Virus record (IMG/VR): IMGVR_UViG_3300003316_000080
Location: 3,483-67,482 of that record
Source: a virus
Reading direction: 5' to 3' (one strand)
Length of the DNA stretch: 64,000 bases
Shown here: positions 8,159-17,033 of the stretch, one piece after another
Position numbering within the stretch: position 1 is the first letter of the stretch
How the letters are laid out: every line of letters starts with the position of its first letter
Position numbers and translations under genes: made by a program
Notes under the pieces: model-generated
What the model was told of the DNA's origin: nothing
Seen by the model: the letters and a program-made list of their open reading frames with translations, nothing else
The model's database searches: none

Positions 8159-10792
8159 ATGTCGTTTTTCTTCGCAGAGACAAAGCGCGCCAAGAAGACA
8201 GGCGCTCCGTCGAAGAAGGCCGTGATCCCCATCGCAAGCCTGCAGCGTGCCGGCTGCACTGTATGTCCGCGCAAGGCAGACTGGGACGACGGCATCAAGA
8301 CGCCACAGATGAAACCGGCCGGCCATCAGTCGCCGACGGTGTATCTGCTAGGCACGGCCCCGTCTGAGAAGGAAGACCGACTGGACGAGCCCTTTGTGTC
8401 CACAGCCTATGAAGAGGTGCTGTCGAAGTTGCCGGCGTCTCTGAGGCGGTATAGCCGCGTCGGCTATCTGACGCAGTGCAAGGCCGCCAGTAAAAACTTG
8501 ATGCTGGAGATGTCGCCGGACCACGCGGAGATCGAGTGCTGCCGTCCTCGCGTGATCGCAGACATCGAAGAGACGAAGCCGATTGTCGTGATCGGCATCG
8601 GCGACAAAGCGCTTAATTGGGCCCTCCCCTTCTCATCGGGCGTCACCTCGATCACGCATCGAGGCACCTTGTTTCCGGTGAAGTTCGGGACGCACACGTG
8701 CTGGTTTTACAGCGTCATGTTCCCGGCATATGTGCACCGAGAAAAGCGCAAGTATCCGACTGAGTACGAGATCGCGCTGACGCACGACCTACGCAATCTC
8801 GCTAAGTTGATCAACAACGAAGAGATTGGTGTTCCGAAGATCTACGCAGACAAGTGGGAAGAGGGTATCGAGATCGTGACAGGTCACGATGCCGGAGACT
8901 TCCAGCGTGTGGAGCGCGCACTTGCAGACATGGCAGCGCTGCCCGATGTCGCACTCGACATCGAAACCAATGGCCTGCGGCCCTGGCACTTGAACAAGCC
9001 CAGGTTGTGGACTGCCGCAGTAGGCACATTCGAGCGTGTGATCGCCTTCCCGATTGATCATCCTGACGGCTGGGGCGCTGACGCGCGCATCCGCAAGATG
9101 CACGGTCTGTTCGCTGAGTGGCTGTGGCAATCGCGCCGGAAGTGGGCACATAACCTTGCAATGGAACTGGAGTGGTTTAACTGGTTCTACAGTCCGCACG
9201 CGATCATGGGCAATGAGTGGGGCGACACGATGGCCCTTGCCCATGTACTCGACGAGCGCAAGGGCACGAAGTCATTGGAGGTGCAGACGATCATTGGCGC
9301 CGGCTTCAACCTGAAGTCCATGAGTCCAGTTGATCCGTCGTTGCCTGACTGGATCAGTAAGTACCCGATTAAGACGGTGCTGAAGTACAACGGTGGAGAC
9401 TCGAAATGGACGGACTTCCGTCGCCGCCAGCTGCAGCCGATCGTGGAGGCCGACGAAAAGCTCCATGACGTCTATCAGCACAAGATTCGAATGGCGCCGG
9501 CTTTGATCCTCACAGAGGCCAAGGGCCTACCGGTGTCTGTGCCGCGTGCTGAGAAGATGAATCGCGCACTGACGGAGCAACTGCACAAGATTGAAGACAA
9601 GCTGCGGGCTGATGTGGCTGTGCGCCGCCATACAACGCAGTTCGGCCAGTTCAGCCCGACGAACTCCGATCATGTGCTCGCGCTGATGGAAAAGACCCTC
9701 AAGCGCGATGAGATCTACATCATTGAGAAAGACGGGTCTGAGTCGAAGTCAGTCGCTGAAGAAGTGCTGGCGCTGATGCCTGAAGATGAGGTGCCATCAG
9801 CGAAGTTGATCCTGGAGCACCGGGGCATCTCCAAGCTGAAGTCGACGTATCTGGAGCCAGTGATCAAGGGCACGATGATCAGCGTCGATGGCTATGTGCA
9901 CTCGAAGTACAGCAGTCTGTTCGCCGCGACCCACCGCCTGAACTCTGAAGATCCCAACGCGCAGAACTGGCCTAAGCGCAAGCACAAGGAAGTTCGCTCG
10001 ATCTTCTACGCGGAAGATGATGAAGAGATTCTGGCGTGCGACTACGGCCAGATCGAGTTCCGCGTCGTGGGCATGTGCTCGGAGGACGACAACCTGTGCC
10101 GGGCCGTGTGGACCGGGTACGACGTGCACTTGCACTGGGCAGAGCGGATCGTCGCCCTGTATCCCAAGATCAAGGACTGGATCAGATCAGAGTTCGAGGT
10201 GGACTGGGATGAGAAGGGCATCAAGACGCTGCGCCAGGAGGCCAAGAACAAGTGGGTGTTTCCGCAGTTCTTCGGTGCCTCGATCAAGTCGTGTGCAGCC
10301 TCTCTGCACTTGCCTGAAGAGGTCGCGCAGGATCTGGCTGATGAACTATGGGATGAGTTCCGAGGCGTCAAGCGCTGGCAAGACAAGTTGATGGAGTCGT
10401 TTGCGCGCAAGCTCTACGTGGAGACGCTGGACGGTGCGCGCCGTCGTGGGCCCATGACCAAAAACGAGATCATCAACATGCCGATCCAGGGCACAGCGGC
10501 CCGCATCGTGCAGACCGCGCATGCAGCTTTGGCTGAACGCGGCTTCATCATGGATCGCGGCGTGTATATCCCATCGCTGAACGTACATGATGACCTCTCA
10601 ACCTGGAGCAAGAAGGCAGAGCGGGAGGCCAACGTGAAGATCATCGTCGAAGAGATGTGCAAGCACCGATTTGACTGGATCAACGTGCCGCTGCTGGTGG
10701 AAGTGTCGGCCGGGCCTGACTGGTCCGACCTGACCGAGATCGGCAAGTACAGCAGCCATGAGCTGTTCAACATCAGGAACCCTTACCAATGA
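8159..10792 (+). CDS. DNA polymerase, family A, with N-terminal uracil-DNA glycosylase (family 4-like) domain
   Basis: N-term GTAPSEKEDRLDEPFV (UDG family 4 motif); exo DIETNG; pol motifs DYGQIEFRV, QGTAARIV, NVHDDL. Confidence 0.85.
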   Translation: MSFFFAETKRAKKTGAPSKKAVIPIASLQRAGCTVCPRKADWDDGIKTPQMKPAGHQSPTVYLLGTAPSEKEDRLDEPFVSTAYEEVLSKLPASLRRYSRVGYLTQCKAASKNLMLEMSPDHAEIECCRPRVIADIEETKPIVVIGIGDKALNWALPFSSGVTSITHRGTLFPVKFGTHTCWFYSVMFPAYVHREKRKYPTEYEIALTHDLRNLAKLINNEEIGVPKIYADKWEEGIEIVTGHDAGDFQRVERALADMAALPDVALDIETNGLRPWHLNKPRLWTAAVGTFERVIAFPIDHPDGWGADARIRKMHGLFAEWLWQSRRKWAHNLAMELEWFNWFYSPHAIMGNEWGDTMALAHVLDERKGTKSLEVQTIIGAGFNLKSMSPVDPSLPDWISKYPIKTVLKYNGGDSKWTDFRRRQLQPIVEADEKLHDVYQHKIRMAPALILTEAKGLPVSVPRAEKMNRALTEQLHKIEDKLRADVAVRRHTTQFGQFSPTNSDHVLALMEKTLKRDEIYIIEKDGSESKSVAEEVLALMPEDEVPSAKLILEHRGISKLKSTYLEPVIKGTMISVDGYVHSKYSSLFAATHRLNSEDPNAQNWPKRKHKEVRSIFYAEDDEEILACDYGQIEFRVVGMCSEDDNLCRAVWTGYDVHLHWAERIVALYPKIKDWIRSEFEVDWDEKGIKTLRQEAKNKWVFPQFFGASIKSCAASLHLPEEVAQDLADELWDEFRGVKRWQDKLMESFARKLYVETLDGARRRGPMTKNEIINMPIQGTAARIVQTAHAALAERGFIMDRGVYIPSLNVHDDLSTWSKKAEREANVKIIVEEMCKHRFDWINVPLLVEVSAGPDWSDLTEIGKYSSHELFNIRNPYQ

Positions 10793-11754
10793 CACGACGC
10801 AAACTGGCCGATGAAGTCACGCACGGTAAAGACCTCGCGCAGCGCTGGCGACCTCGCAATCTGGGTGAGGTGGTCGGACAAAGCGCAGTGGTTCGCTCGC
10901 TCGAAGCGATGCTGAAGCGCGAGACGCGTCCGCACTGCTTCATCTTCACTGGACCCTCGGGCGTGGGCAAGACCACACTGGCGCGGATCGTCGCTCAGGA
11001 GTTGGGGGCACAGCACAACATTGTGGAGATCGACGCTGCGACCAACACGGGCGTTGACGCAATGCGTGATGTGCTGGCAGGCACGATCTACAGCGGCTTT
11101 GGCAGCAACTCCAAGTTCTATCTGATCGACGAGGCACACATGCTCTCGAAGGCAGCGTGGAACTCGATGTTGAAGACGCTGGAGGAACCACCCGACCACG
11201 TTTACTTCGCGATCTGCACGACGGAGCCAGAGAAGCTGCCGGCAACGATCAGCACACGCGGTCCTGTCTATGCACTGAAGTCTGTGCCGCGCAAGGACAT
11301 CAGCAACCACCTGATCCTGATTGCTGAAGAAGAGAGCCTGGAAGTCACAGATGAGGGGCTGGATAGGATCGCAGAGGCTGCTGGCGGCTCGCTGCGCGCT
11401 GCGATCAACATGATGGTTGCAGCAGACGGTGTGAGGGGTGATGACCTGGATGACATCATCGAACGTGCAGATGCGGGCGGCAACAAGCAGGTCATTGATC
11501 TGGCCCGCGCATTGGTCAACGACCAACTGACGTGGACGAAGCTGACGGGCATCCTGAAGGATCTGGAGGGCCAGAGCGCGGAGGGCGTCCGCATTGTTGT
11601 GGTCAACTTCACAGCTGCGTGCTTGATGAAGGCCACATCAGACAAGCAGATCGCACGGCTGTTGAACGTGCTGCACGCCTTCTCCACCCCATACACCACA
11701 GCCGACAAGATGGCACCCTTGCTCCTCTCGTTCGGCAACCTTCTGTATAAGTGA
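10789..11754 (+). CDS. AAA+ clamp-loader subunit (DnaX/RFC-like)
   Basis: Walker A GPSGVGKTT, Walker B YLIDEAHML, sensor TRGP. Confidence 0.7.
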   Translation: MTRRKLADEVTHGKDLAQRWRPRNLGEVVGQSAVVRSLEAMLKRETRPHCFIFTGPSGVGKTTLARIVAQELGAQHNIVEIDAATNTGVDAMRDVLAGTIYSGFGSNSKFYLIDEAHMLSKAAWNSMLKTLEEPPDHVYFAICTTEPEKLPATISTRGPVYALKSVPRKDISNHLILIAEEESLEVTDEGLDRIAEAAGGSLRAAINMMVAADGVRGDDLDDIIERADAGGNKQVIDLARALVNDQLTWTKLTGILKDLEGQSAEGVRIVVVNFTAACLMKATSDKQIARLLNVLHAFSTPYTTADKMAPLLLSFGNLLYK

Positions 11755-12257
11755 TCATGGACATCGCCTATTTCCGCTCGCGCATCAAGGTCAGCCAGCA
11801 CACGCTGGCGGAAGATCTGGAGATCCATGCTGACCATATGGAGAAGATCGGCCGTAAGTCAGCAGCAGCAGCCCGGGCAGAGGCCAAGGCCAAGCAGGCG
11901 CGCGACGAGACAGAGGCGAGGTTGATAAAAGATTTACTGGAGGACAACGAGCGCATGGCGCTCAACAAGGCGCAGGCGACTGCCAAGGCGTCGCGCGAGT
12001 ATCAGCAGGCCCAGTCCGTATATCTCGACGCACAGAACGAACTTGCCGAATGGCAAGAGGTGGAGAAGGCGTGGTATCAGCGTGGCTTCGATCTGCGGGC
12101 GCTCGTCGAGTTGTTCTCGGCCCAGTACTTCCAGATCGATCCCACTGCCGGCGCAGGCCGGGCTGAATCGCGCCGCTCCGTGTCTGAATACATGAGCAAT
12201 CGAGACAAGGGCGAAGAGAAGCGCAACCGCCAACGACGGAGCTTGAACGATGAGTGA
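11751..12257 (+). CDS. hypothetical coiled-coil protein
   Basis: Start overlaps clamp-loader stop; charged alpha-helical composition. Confidence 0.45.
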   Translation: MIMDIAYFRSRIKVSQHTLAEDLEIHADHMEKIGRKSAAAARAEAKAKQARDETEARLIKDLLEDNERMALNKAQATAKASREYQQAQSVYLDAQNELAEWQEVEKAWYQRGFDLRALVELFSAQYFQIDPTAGAGRAESRRSVSEYMSNRDKGEEKRNRQRRSLNDE

Positions 12258-12375
12258 ATTTTTGGCATTGGTAGTGGGCGCAGTCGGCGGCGTGCTGGCG
12301 GTCTACATCTGTGTGCGGGTCGCCTCAGCCGCATATTTCAAGTCACTGAGGCAACACAATGAGGAAACCAAATGA
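12250..12375 (+). CDS. small hydrophobic protein (41 aa)
   Basis: ATG..TGA ORF MSEFLALVVGAVGGVLAVYICVRVASAAYFKSLRQHNEETK, one predicted TM helix; too short for the ORF track. Confidence 0.3.
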   Translation: MSEFLALVVGAVGGVLAVYICVRVASAAYFKSLRQHNEETK

Positions 12376-13601
12376 GAAACCGTGACGATGATGACCGTGG
12401 TTCGCGCCGTGGTCGCGATGATGACGATGACCGCCGCAGCAGCCGTGGCCGTGACAGCGGTTCGAGCCGTGGCGGTTTCGTCTACAAGCAGCGCAGCGCC
12501 GAAGAGAACCGCAAGCGCGCCGAGAACACCGGACGAGACTTCGAGTCGATTTACAAGGACGGTGTCAACCTATACAAGGTCAAGGACGGCGACAACAGCG
12601 TCCGTGTGCTGCCGCCGACGTTCAAGGGCGCCCAGCACTACGGACTCGACATCCAGGTCCACTTCGGCATCGGGCCCGACCGCGCGACGTACCTGTGCCT
12701 CAACAAGATGCTGGACAAGCCGTGCCCGATCTGCGAGGCACGCCAAGAAGCGCAGCGTGACGGGGACGACGAACTGGCGAAGGAACTGGCACCCAAGCAG
12801 CGTGTTCTCGTCGCCCTGATCGATCGTGATGATGAGAAGGCCGGTGTGCAGATCTGGGGCATGCCCTGGACCGTCGACCGTGACCTGGCCCAGGTTGCCG
12901 TCGATCGCAAGACCAAGGAAGTGCTGCCGATCGACCATCCTGAAGAAGGGTATGACGTCTTCTTCACGAAGACGGGCAAAGAGCGCAACACGAAGTACGG
13001 CGGCATCTCTGTGGACCGGCAGCCGTCAGAACTCGGCCGGCGCGGCGACGAGTGGCTGGACTGGATTCAGGAACACCCGCTGGACACGCTGCTGAACTAC
13101 GCCAGTTACGATGACATCGCCAAGGCGTTCAACGGCGGCGGCTCTGGTGGCGGTTCGCGTCGTCGCGATCGCAGCGATGACGACGATGACCGCTCTTCGC
13201 GTCGTGGCCGTGATCGTGACGATGACCGCAAGAAGGACGATGTCCTGTCGTGGGATGACGTTCACGGCATGAAGCCGCGCGAACTCGAAGACCTCGCAGC
13301 TGAGCACGGCATTAAGTCGTCCAAGTACGACGATGACGAAGAACTGGCTGACGCGATCTGTGAAAAGCTGGACATCAGCAAGCCCAAGCCGCGACGCTCG
13401 CCTGGACGTGATGGCGATGACGACGATGACCGCTCTTCGCGTCGTGGCCGTGATCGTGATGACGATTCCAATGAGAAGACGGCGCGTCGTCGGTCCAATG
13501 ATGACGACGAGGACGACACCCCGCGCACCCGTCGCCGTGAGGCCAATGACGACGATGACGCGGAAGAAGGTCTGCGCAAGATGCGCCGCCGCGCGGAGTG
13601 A
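12372..13601 (+). CDS. gp32-like single-stranded DNA-binding protein with Arg/Asp-rich repeat termini
   Basis: H-x12-C-x8-C-x2-C (HFGIGPDRATYLCLNKMLDKPCPIC) matches the T4 gp32 zinc-site pattern; located between clamp loader and RecA-like gene. Confidence 0.55.
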   Translation: MRNRDDDDRGSRRGRDDDDDRRSSRGRDSGSSRGGFVYKQRSAEENRKRAENTGRDFESIYKDGVNLYKVKDGDNSVRVLPPTFKGAQHYGLDIQVHFGIGPDRATYLCLNKMLDKPCPICEARQEAQRDGDDELAKELAPKQRVLVALIDRDDEKAGVQIWGMPWTVDRDLAQVAVDRKTKEVLPIDHPEEGYDVFFTKTGKERNTKYGGISVDRQPSELGRRGDEWLDWIQEHPLDTLLNYASYDDIAKAFNGGGSGGGSRRRDRSDDDDDRSSRRGRDRDDDRKKDDVLSWDDVHGMKPRELEDLAAEHGIKSSKYDDDEELADAICEKLDISKPKPRRSPGRDGDDDDDRSSRRGRDRDDDSNEKTARRRSNDDDEDDTPRTRRREANDDDDAEEGLRKMRRRAE

Positions 13602-14707
13602 TCATGGCAGCACGCAAAACGACCAAGCCTGCGGTGAAGCAGGCAGCGCCCAAGTCGGTCGCGGCTCGCAAGCGTGCTGTTCTCCGTGATGTGGATGAGG
13701 GCTCTGACGAGTTCGTCGAGCCCTCCTACTTCTCTGCGGGGGACAGCAAAACCAACATCGAGTTCATCTCAACTGGATGCACGATCCTGGACGAGGCGCT
13801 GGGTGGGGGTGTCGCTGAAGGACGTGTGCTGAATGTCGTCGGTGACTCGTCCACGGGCAAGACACTGCTGGCAATGGAGATCGCGGCCAACTTCGCGCTG
13901 AAGCATGCGGAAGGACTCGTCCGTTACGCTGAAGCAGAACTGGCCTTCGACGATGATTATGCGGAAGCGATGGGCATGGACCTGTCGCGTGTCGAGCGCA
14001 ACAGCGGCTCGCGCCTCGTGGGCACCGTCGAGCAGTGGCACGATGATCTCGTCGACTTCATGAAGAGGCTGAAGGGTCGTCCTGGCCTGTACATCCTCGA
14101 CAGCCTCGACGCGATCTCCGATGACGATGAGGTGAAGGCCGAGTTCGGTGAAGCCAGCTACGGCGGCAAGAAGCCCAAGCTGATCTCCCAGCTGTTCAGG
14201 CGCACGATCAATGATCTGCATGCGGCCAACGTGACGCTGATGATCGTCTCGCAGACGCGAGACAAGATCGGTGTGACCTTCGGGCCGACGAAGACGCGAT
14301 CAGGCGGCAAGGCGCTGGAGTTCTATTCGTCACAGATCGTTTGGCTGGCGCATGTCGGCAAGATGGACAAGACGATCGATGGCATCAAGCGCGTGATCGG
14401 TCATGAGGTCCGCGCCAAGGTCAGCAAGAACAAGTGCGGACTGGCGCACCGGACTGTCGACTATCCCGTGCTGTATGGCTACGGAATCGACGACATGATG
14501 GCGGGCGTGACGTGGCTGATCGAGAACAAGTGCGATGAAGCTCTGGAAGAACTCGAACTGACCAAGGCCGGTGCGAAGACTTCAGTGGCGGCCATGCGCA
14601 ACAAGCCGGAGCGCGCTCGCGAGTTTCGTCCGAAGATGCGCAAGATCGTGCGTAGGGAATGGGCGCGCATCGAAAACCTGTTCTTGCCTAAGGCCCGTAA
14701 ATACTGA
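13598..14707 (+). CDS. RecA/UvsX-like recombinase
   Basis: FISTGCTILDEALGGGVAEGRVLNVVGDSSTGKTLLA matches the RecA N-terminal/Walker A region. Confidence 0.8.
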   Translation: MIMAARKTTKPAVKQAAPKSVAARKRAVLRDVDEGSDEFVEPSYFSAGDSKTNIEFISTGCTILDEALGGGVAEGRVLNVVGDSSTGKTLLAMEIAANFALKHAEGLVRYAEAELAFDDDYAEAMGMDLSRVERNSGSRLVGTVEQWHDDLVDFMKRLKGRPGLYILDSLDAISDDDEVKAEFGEASYGGKKPKLISQLFRRTINDLHAANVTLMIVSQTRDKIGVTFGPTKTRSGGKALEFYSSQIVWLAHVGKMDKTIDGIKRVIGHEVRAKVSKNKCGLAHRTVDYPVLYGYGIDDMMAGVTWLIENKCDEALEELELTKAGAKTSVAAMRNKPERAREFRPKMRKIVRREWARIENLFLPKARKY

Positions 14708-14817
14708 CGATGTGAAACGCCATGCGGTCTTGACCTACAAGACAACGTGGCGTTCACCTACTGTCTGTTACCGCAGGTCGTGGCAAAAGGTCTATACCGT
14801 CGGACAAAGGAGTCTCT

Positions 14818-14988
14818 ATGCAAACCCGTCACGCACACACAAGCCTGTCTCTGAAGGAACTGATTACCAAGCACACCCAGCCTTGCTGGAAGTTTTGGCA
14901 CCCAGGCTCCGGCCTCGTCGGTGGCCTGATCACCTCAGTCCTTCTGCTGGTGATCGTGCCTGCACTGTGGCAAACCTTCTTCAAGTGA
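14818..14988 (+). CDS. small membrane protein (56 aa)
   Basis: AAGGAG RBS then ATG; C-terminal hydrophobic helix LVGGLITSVLLLVIVPAL. Confidence 0.35.
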   Translation: MQTRHAHTSLSLKELITKHTQPCWKFWHPGSGLVGGLITSVLLLVIVPALWQTFFK

Positions 14989-14989
14989 C

Positions 14990-15589
14990 ATGACCAGTAA
15001 AAAGTTACTGTGTGGAATCGATCCGGGCGCCAAGGGCGCCTTGGTCGTTTTGGATGAAGACGGCACGGTGATCGCGTGGTTGCTGATGCCCATGATCAAG
15101 CAGGGAACTCAGGAGCGTGTGAACGCTGCGGCTGTGGCGGCATTCCTGAAGCCCTATGCCGCCAACATCACAGCGAATCTCGAACTGGTCGGAGCAATGC
15201 CGGGTCAGGGCGTCGCCAGCATGTTCAGCTTTGGTCACTCGGCCGGCGTAGTTACTGGGGTACTGGGCGCACTGGAGATCCCTGTCACGCTGATCACGCC
15301 TCAGAAGTGGACGAAGCACTTCAACCTGGGTTCGAAGACAAAGAGCCCAGACCAAGCACGCGGCCTCGCAGCACGCTTCTGGCCCGCGTGGCGTGAACTT
15401 GACTTCAAGGGCAAAGGCGGTGCACTGGCAGACGCGGCGTTGATCGCGCGCTACAGCCTCGGACTCAATCGGGAAGCCATCGCGTATAACTCGGCACCGC
15501 GCAAGACGCGTCATGTGCTGAAAGAACTCGATGAAACTCCCCGCACTGCTGGTCGCCGACCTGCACCTGACGGCAAGCCCAGCCGATGA
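14990..15589 (+). CDS. RuvC-like Holliday junction resolvase
   Basis: N-terminal GIDPG, C-terminal ADAALIARY; RuvC-like size and layout. Confidence 0.7.
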   Translation: MTSKKLLCGIDPGAKGALVVLDEDGTVIAWLLMPMIKQGTQERVNAAAVAAFLKPYAANITANLELVGAMPGQGVASMFSFGHSAGVVTGVLGALEIPVTLITPQKWTKHFNLGSKTKSPDQARGLAARFWPAWRELDFKGKGGALADAALIARYSLGLNREAIAYNSAPRKTRHVLKELDETPRTAGRRPAPDGKPSR

Positions 15590-16526
15590 GTACCGGTGGG
15601 ATCTTTTCCCCTGGCTGCTTCACACGCTGCAGCAAGAGCGTGTAGCAACACTGAACATCCTTGGCGACATCACTGACGCCAAGGACTACCACCCGGCCAA
15701 GTTGGCAAACAGGCTGGTGGGTGAAGTCCAAAAGTTGTCCCAGGTGGTGCCCGATGTGCGCATCCTGATGGGCAATCACGATTACCTGAAGCGCCAGGAG
15801 GCGTACTTTTCTTTCCTGTCCTATCTGCCCGGCGTGCGCTACATCGATACGGCCTGGGAGGACACACTAGACGACGGCCCGTCTGTCTACTACCAGCCCC
15901 ACACGAAAGACCCTGTGAAGGATCTGGCTGGCGACTTCACTCATTACGACTACCTGTTTATGCATCAGACAGTGAAAGGGTCTGTTGCATCGAACGGTCA
16001 GGAGATGCCGGGCTACGGAGACAGTCGCATCAAGGCGCTGAAGATCTACAGTGGTGACATCCACGTGCCCCAGATCATCAATGGCGTCGAGTACGTCGGC
16101 TCGCCCTACCACGTTCACTTCGGCGATGACTTCAAGCCACGTGCAGTGCTGCTCGACAAGAAAGGTCGCGCCCATGATCTGCACTTTGACTCACCACGGC
16201 GCGTGATGCTTAAGGTGGGATCGCTGAAGCAGTTGCGTGCTCTCCAACTGGACAAGGGTGATCACGTCAAGGTCACGTTCAACCTGGAACCGTCTGATGC
16301 GGCGGATTGGTCGCAGATTCGCCGTGCTGCTGCACGCGTGCTGGGCGACAGAGGTGTGATCACGCATGAACTCAAGATGTCCATGAACAAATCGGATCGC
16401 CGTATATCGAGCCAGCAGGCCACGCAGATGGCGCTGCTGCGGCCGGAGGACATCATGACGCGCTGGGTTGAGCGCGAAGAACTGGGCGGCGAGGCCCTTG
16501 AGATCGGATTGGAGCTACTGAAATGA
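15531..16526 (+). CDS. SbcD/Mre11-like nuclease (calcineurin-like phosphoesterase)
   Basis: ADLHL, GDITD, GNHD metallophosphoesterase motifs. Confidence 0.8.
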   Translation: MKLPALLVADLHLTASPADEYRWDLFPWLLHTLQQERVATLNILGDITDAKDYHPAKLANRLVGEVQKLSQVVPDVRILMGNHDYLKRQEAYFSFLSYLPGVRYIDTAWEDTLDDGPSVYYQPHTKDPVKDLAGDFTHYDYLFMHQTVKGSVASNGQEMPGYGDSRIKALKIYSGDIHVPQIINGVEYVGSPYHVHFGDDFKPRAVLLDKKGRAHDLHFDSPRRVMLKVGSLKQLRALQLDKGDHVKVTFNLEPSDAADWSQIRRAAARVLGDRGVITHELKMSMNKSDRRISSQQATQMALLRPEDIMTRWVEREELGGEALEIGLELLK

Positions 16527-16840
16527 GGCAACCGCCGAAGCGCTTCCAGAAGATGGGAGGGGGTCACACGCGCAAGTACGTGGTGCAAGGCGTGTGCGCC
16601 AACGGTGAAACGCACGCTGTAGCTGTCTTCACCTATGCCATCGACGCAGAGGCGTTCTCACTCGTCTGCTATGCCGCCCAGATTGAGGCGCCAGTGCCCA
16701 GTGACAAGCTGCCGGCGAACAGTGATGCATACCGGCGTGCTGTGCAGACGTGGCGAGGAAAGCACCCTCTCGGCCGCACCGCCAACCCTCGACATGACCA
16801 CTTCGAGGTGCATCCAGCGCCTCTGATGATTGGGTACTGA
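16523..16840 (+). CDS. hypothetical protein
   Basis: ATGA overlap with SbcD stop. Confidence 0.4.
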   Translation: MRQPPKRFQKMGGGHTRKYVVQGVCANGETHAVAVFTYAIDAEAFSLVCYAAQIEAPVPSDKLPANSDAYRRAVQTWRGKHPLGRTANPRHDHFEVHPAPLMIGY

Positions 16841-16841
16841 T

Positions 16842-17033
16842 ATGCAAGACTCTCGGCGCCGAATGCCCTCATACATCAAGCCTCACATCTTCCTTCACCA
16901 CAACGGCTTTTGGTACGTGACGAAGTGCCGCACGCCATTTCGGAGGCGCACGGATTCACAAGTGAAGATGTGGGACGCTGCTTATCGTGCCGTGATGGCT
17001 TTGAACGCCGGCAGAAAGATCCCACGAGAATGA
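16842..17033 (+). CDS. hypothetical small protein
   Basis: ATG 2 nt after upstream stop; stop overlaps SbcC start (ATGA). Confidence 0.3.
   Translation: MQDSRRRMPSYIKPHIFLHHNGFWYVTKCRTPFRRRTDSQVKMWDAAYRAVMALNAGRKIPRE

Noticed and set aside
12382-13095. Several alternate-frame ORFs inside the SSB gene
   Set aside because: Products of the GAT/GAC/CGT repeat tracts; Thr/Ala/Arg-rich junk translations.
14571-14993. 140-aa plus-strand ORF between RecA-like and RuvC-like genes
   Set aside because: Arg/Cys-rich unlikely protein with no RBS; a 56-aa membrane ORF with AAGGAG RBS in another frame explains the interval better.
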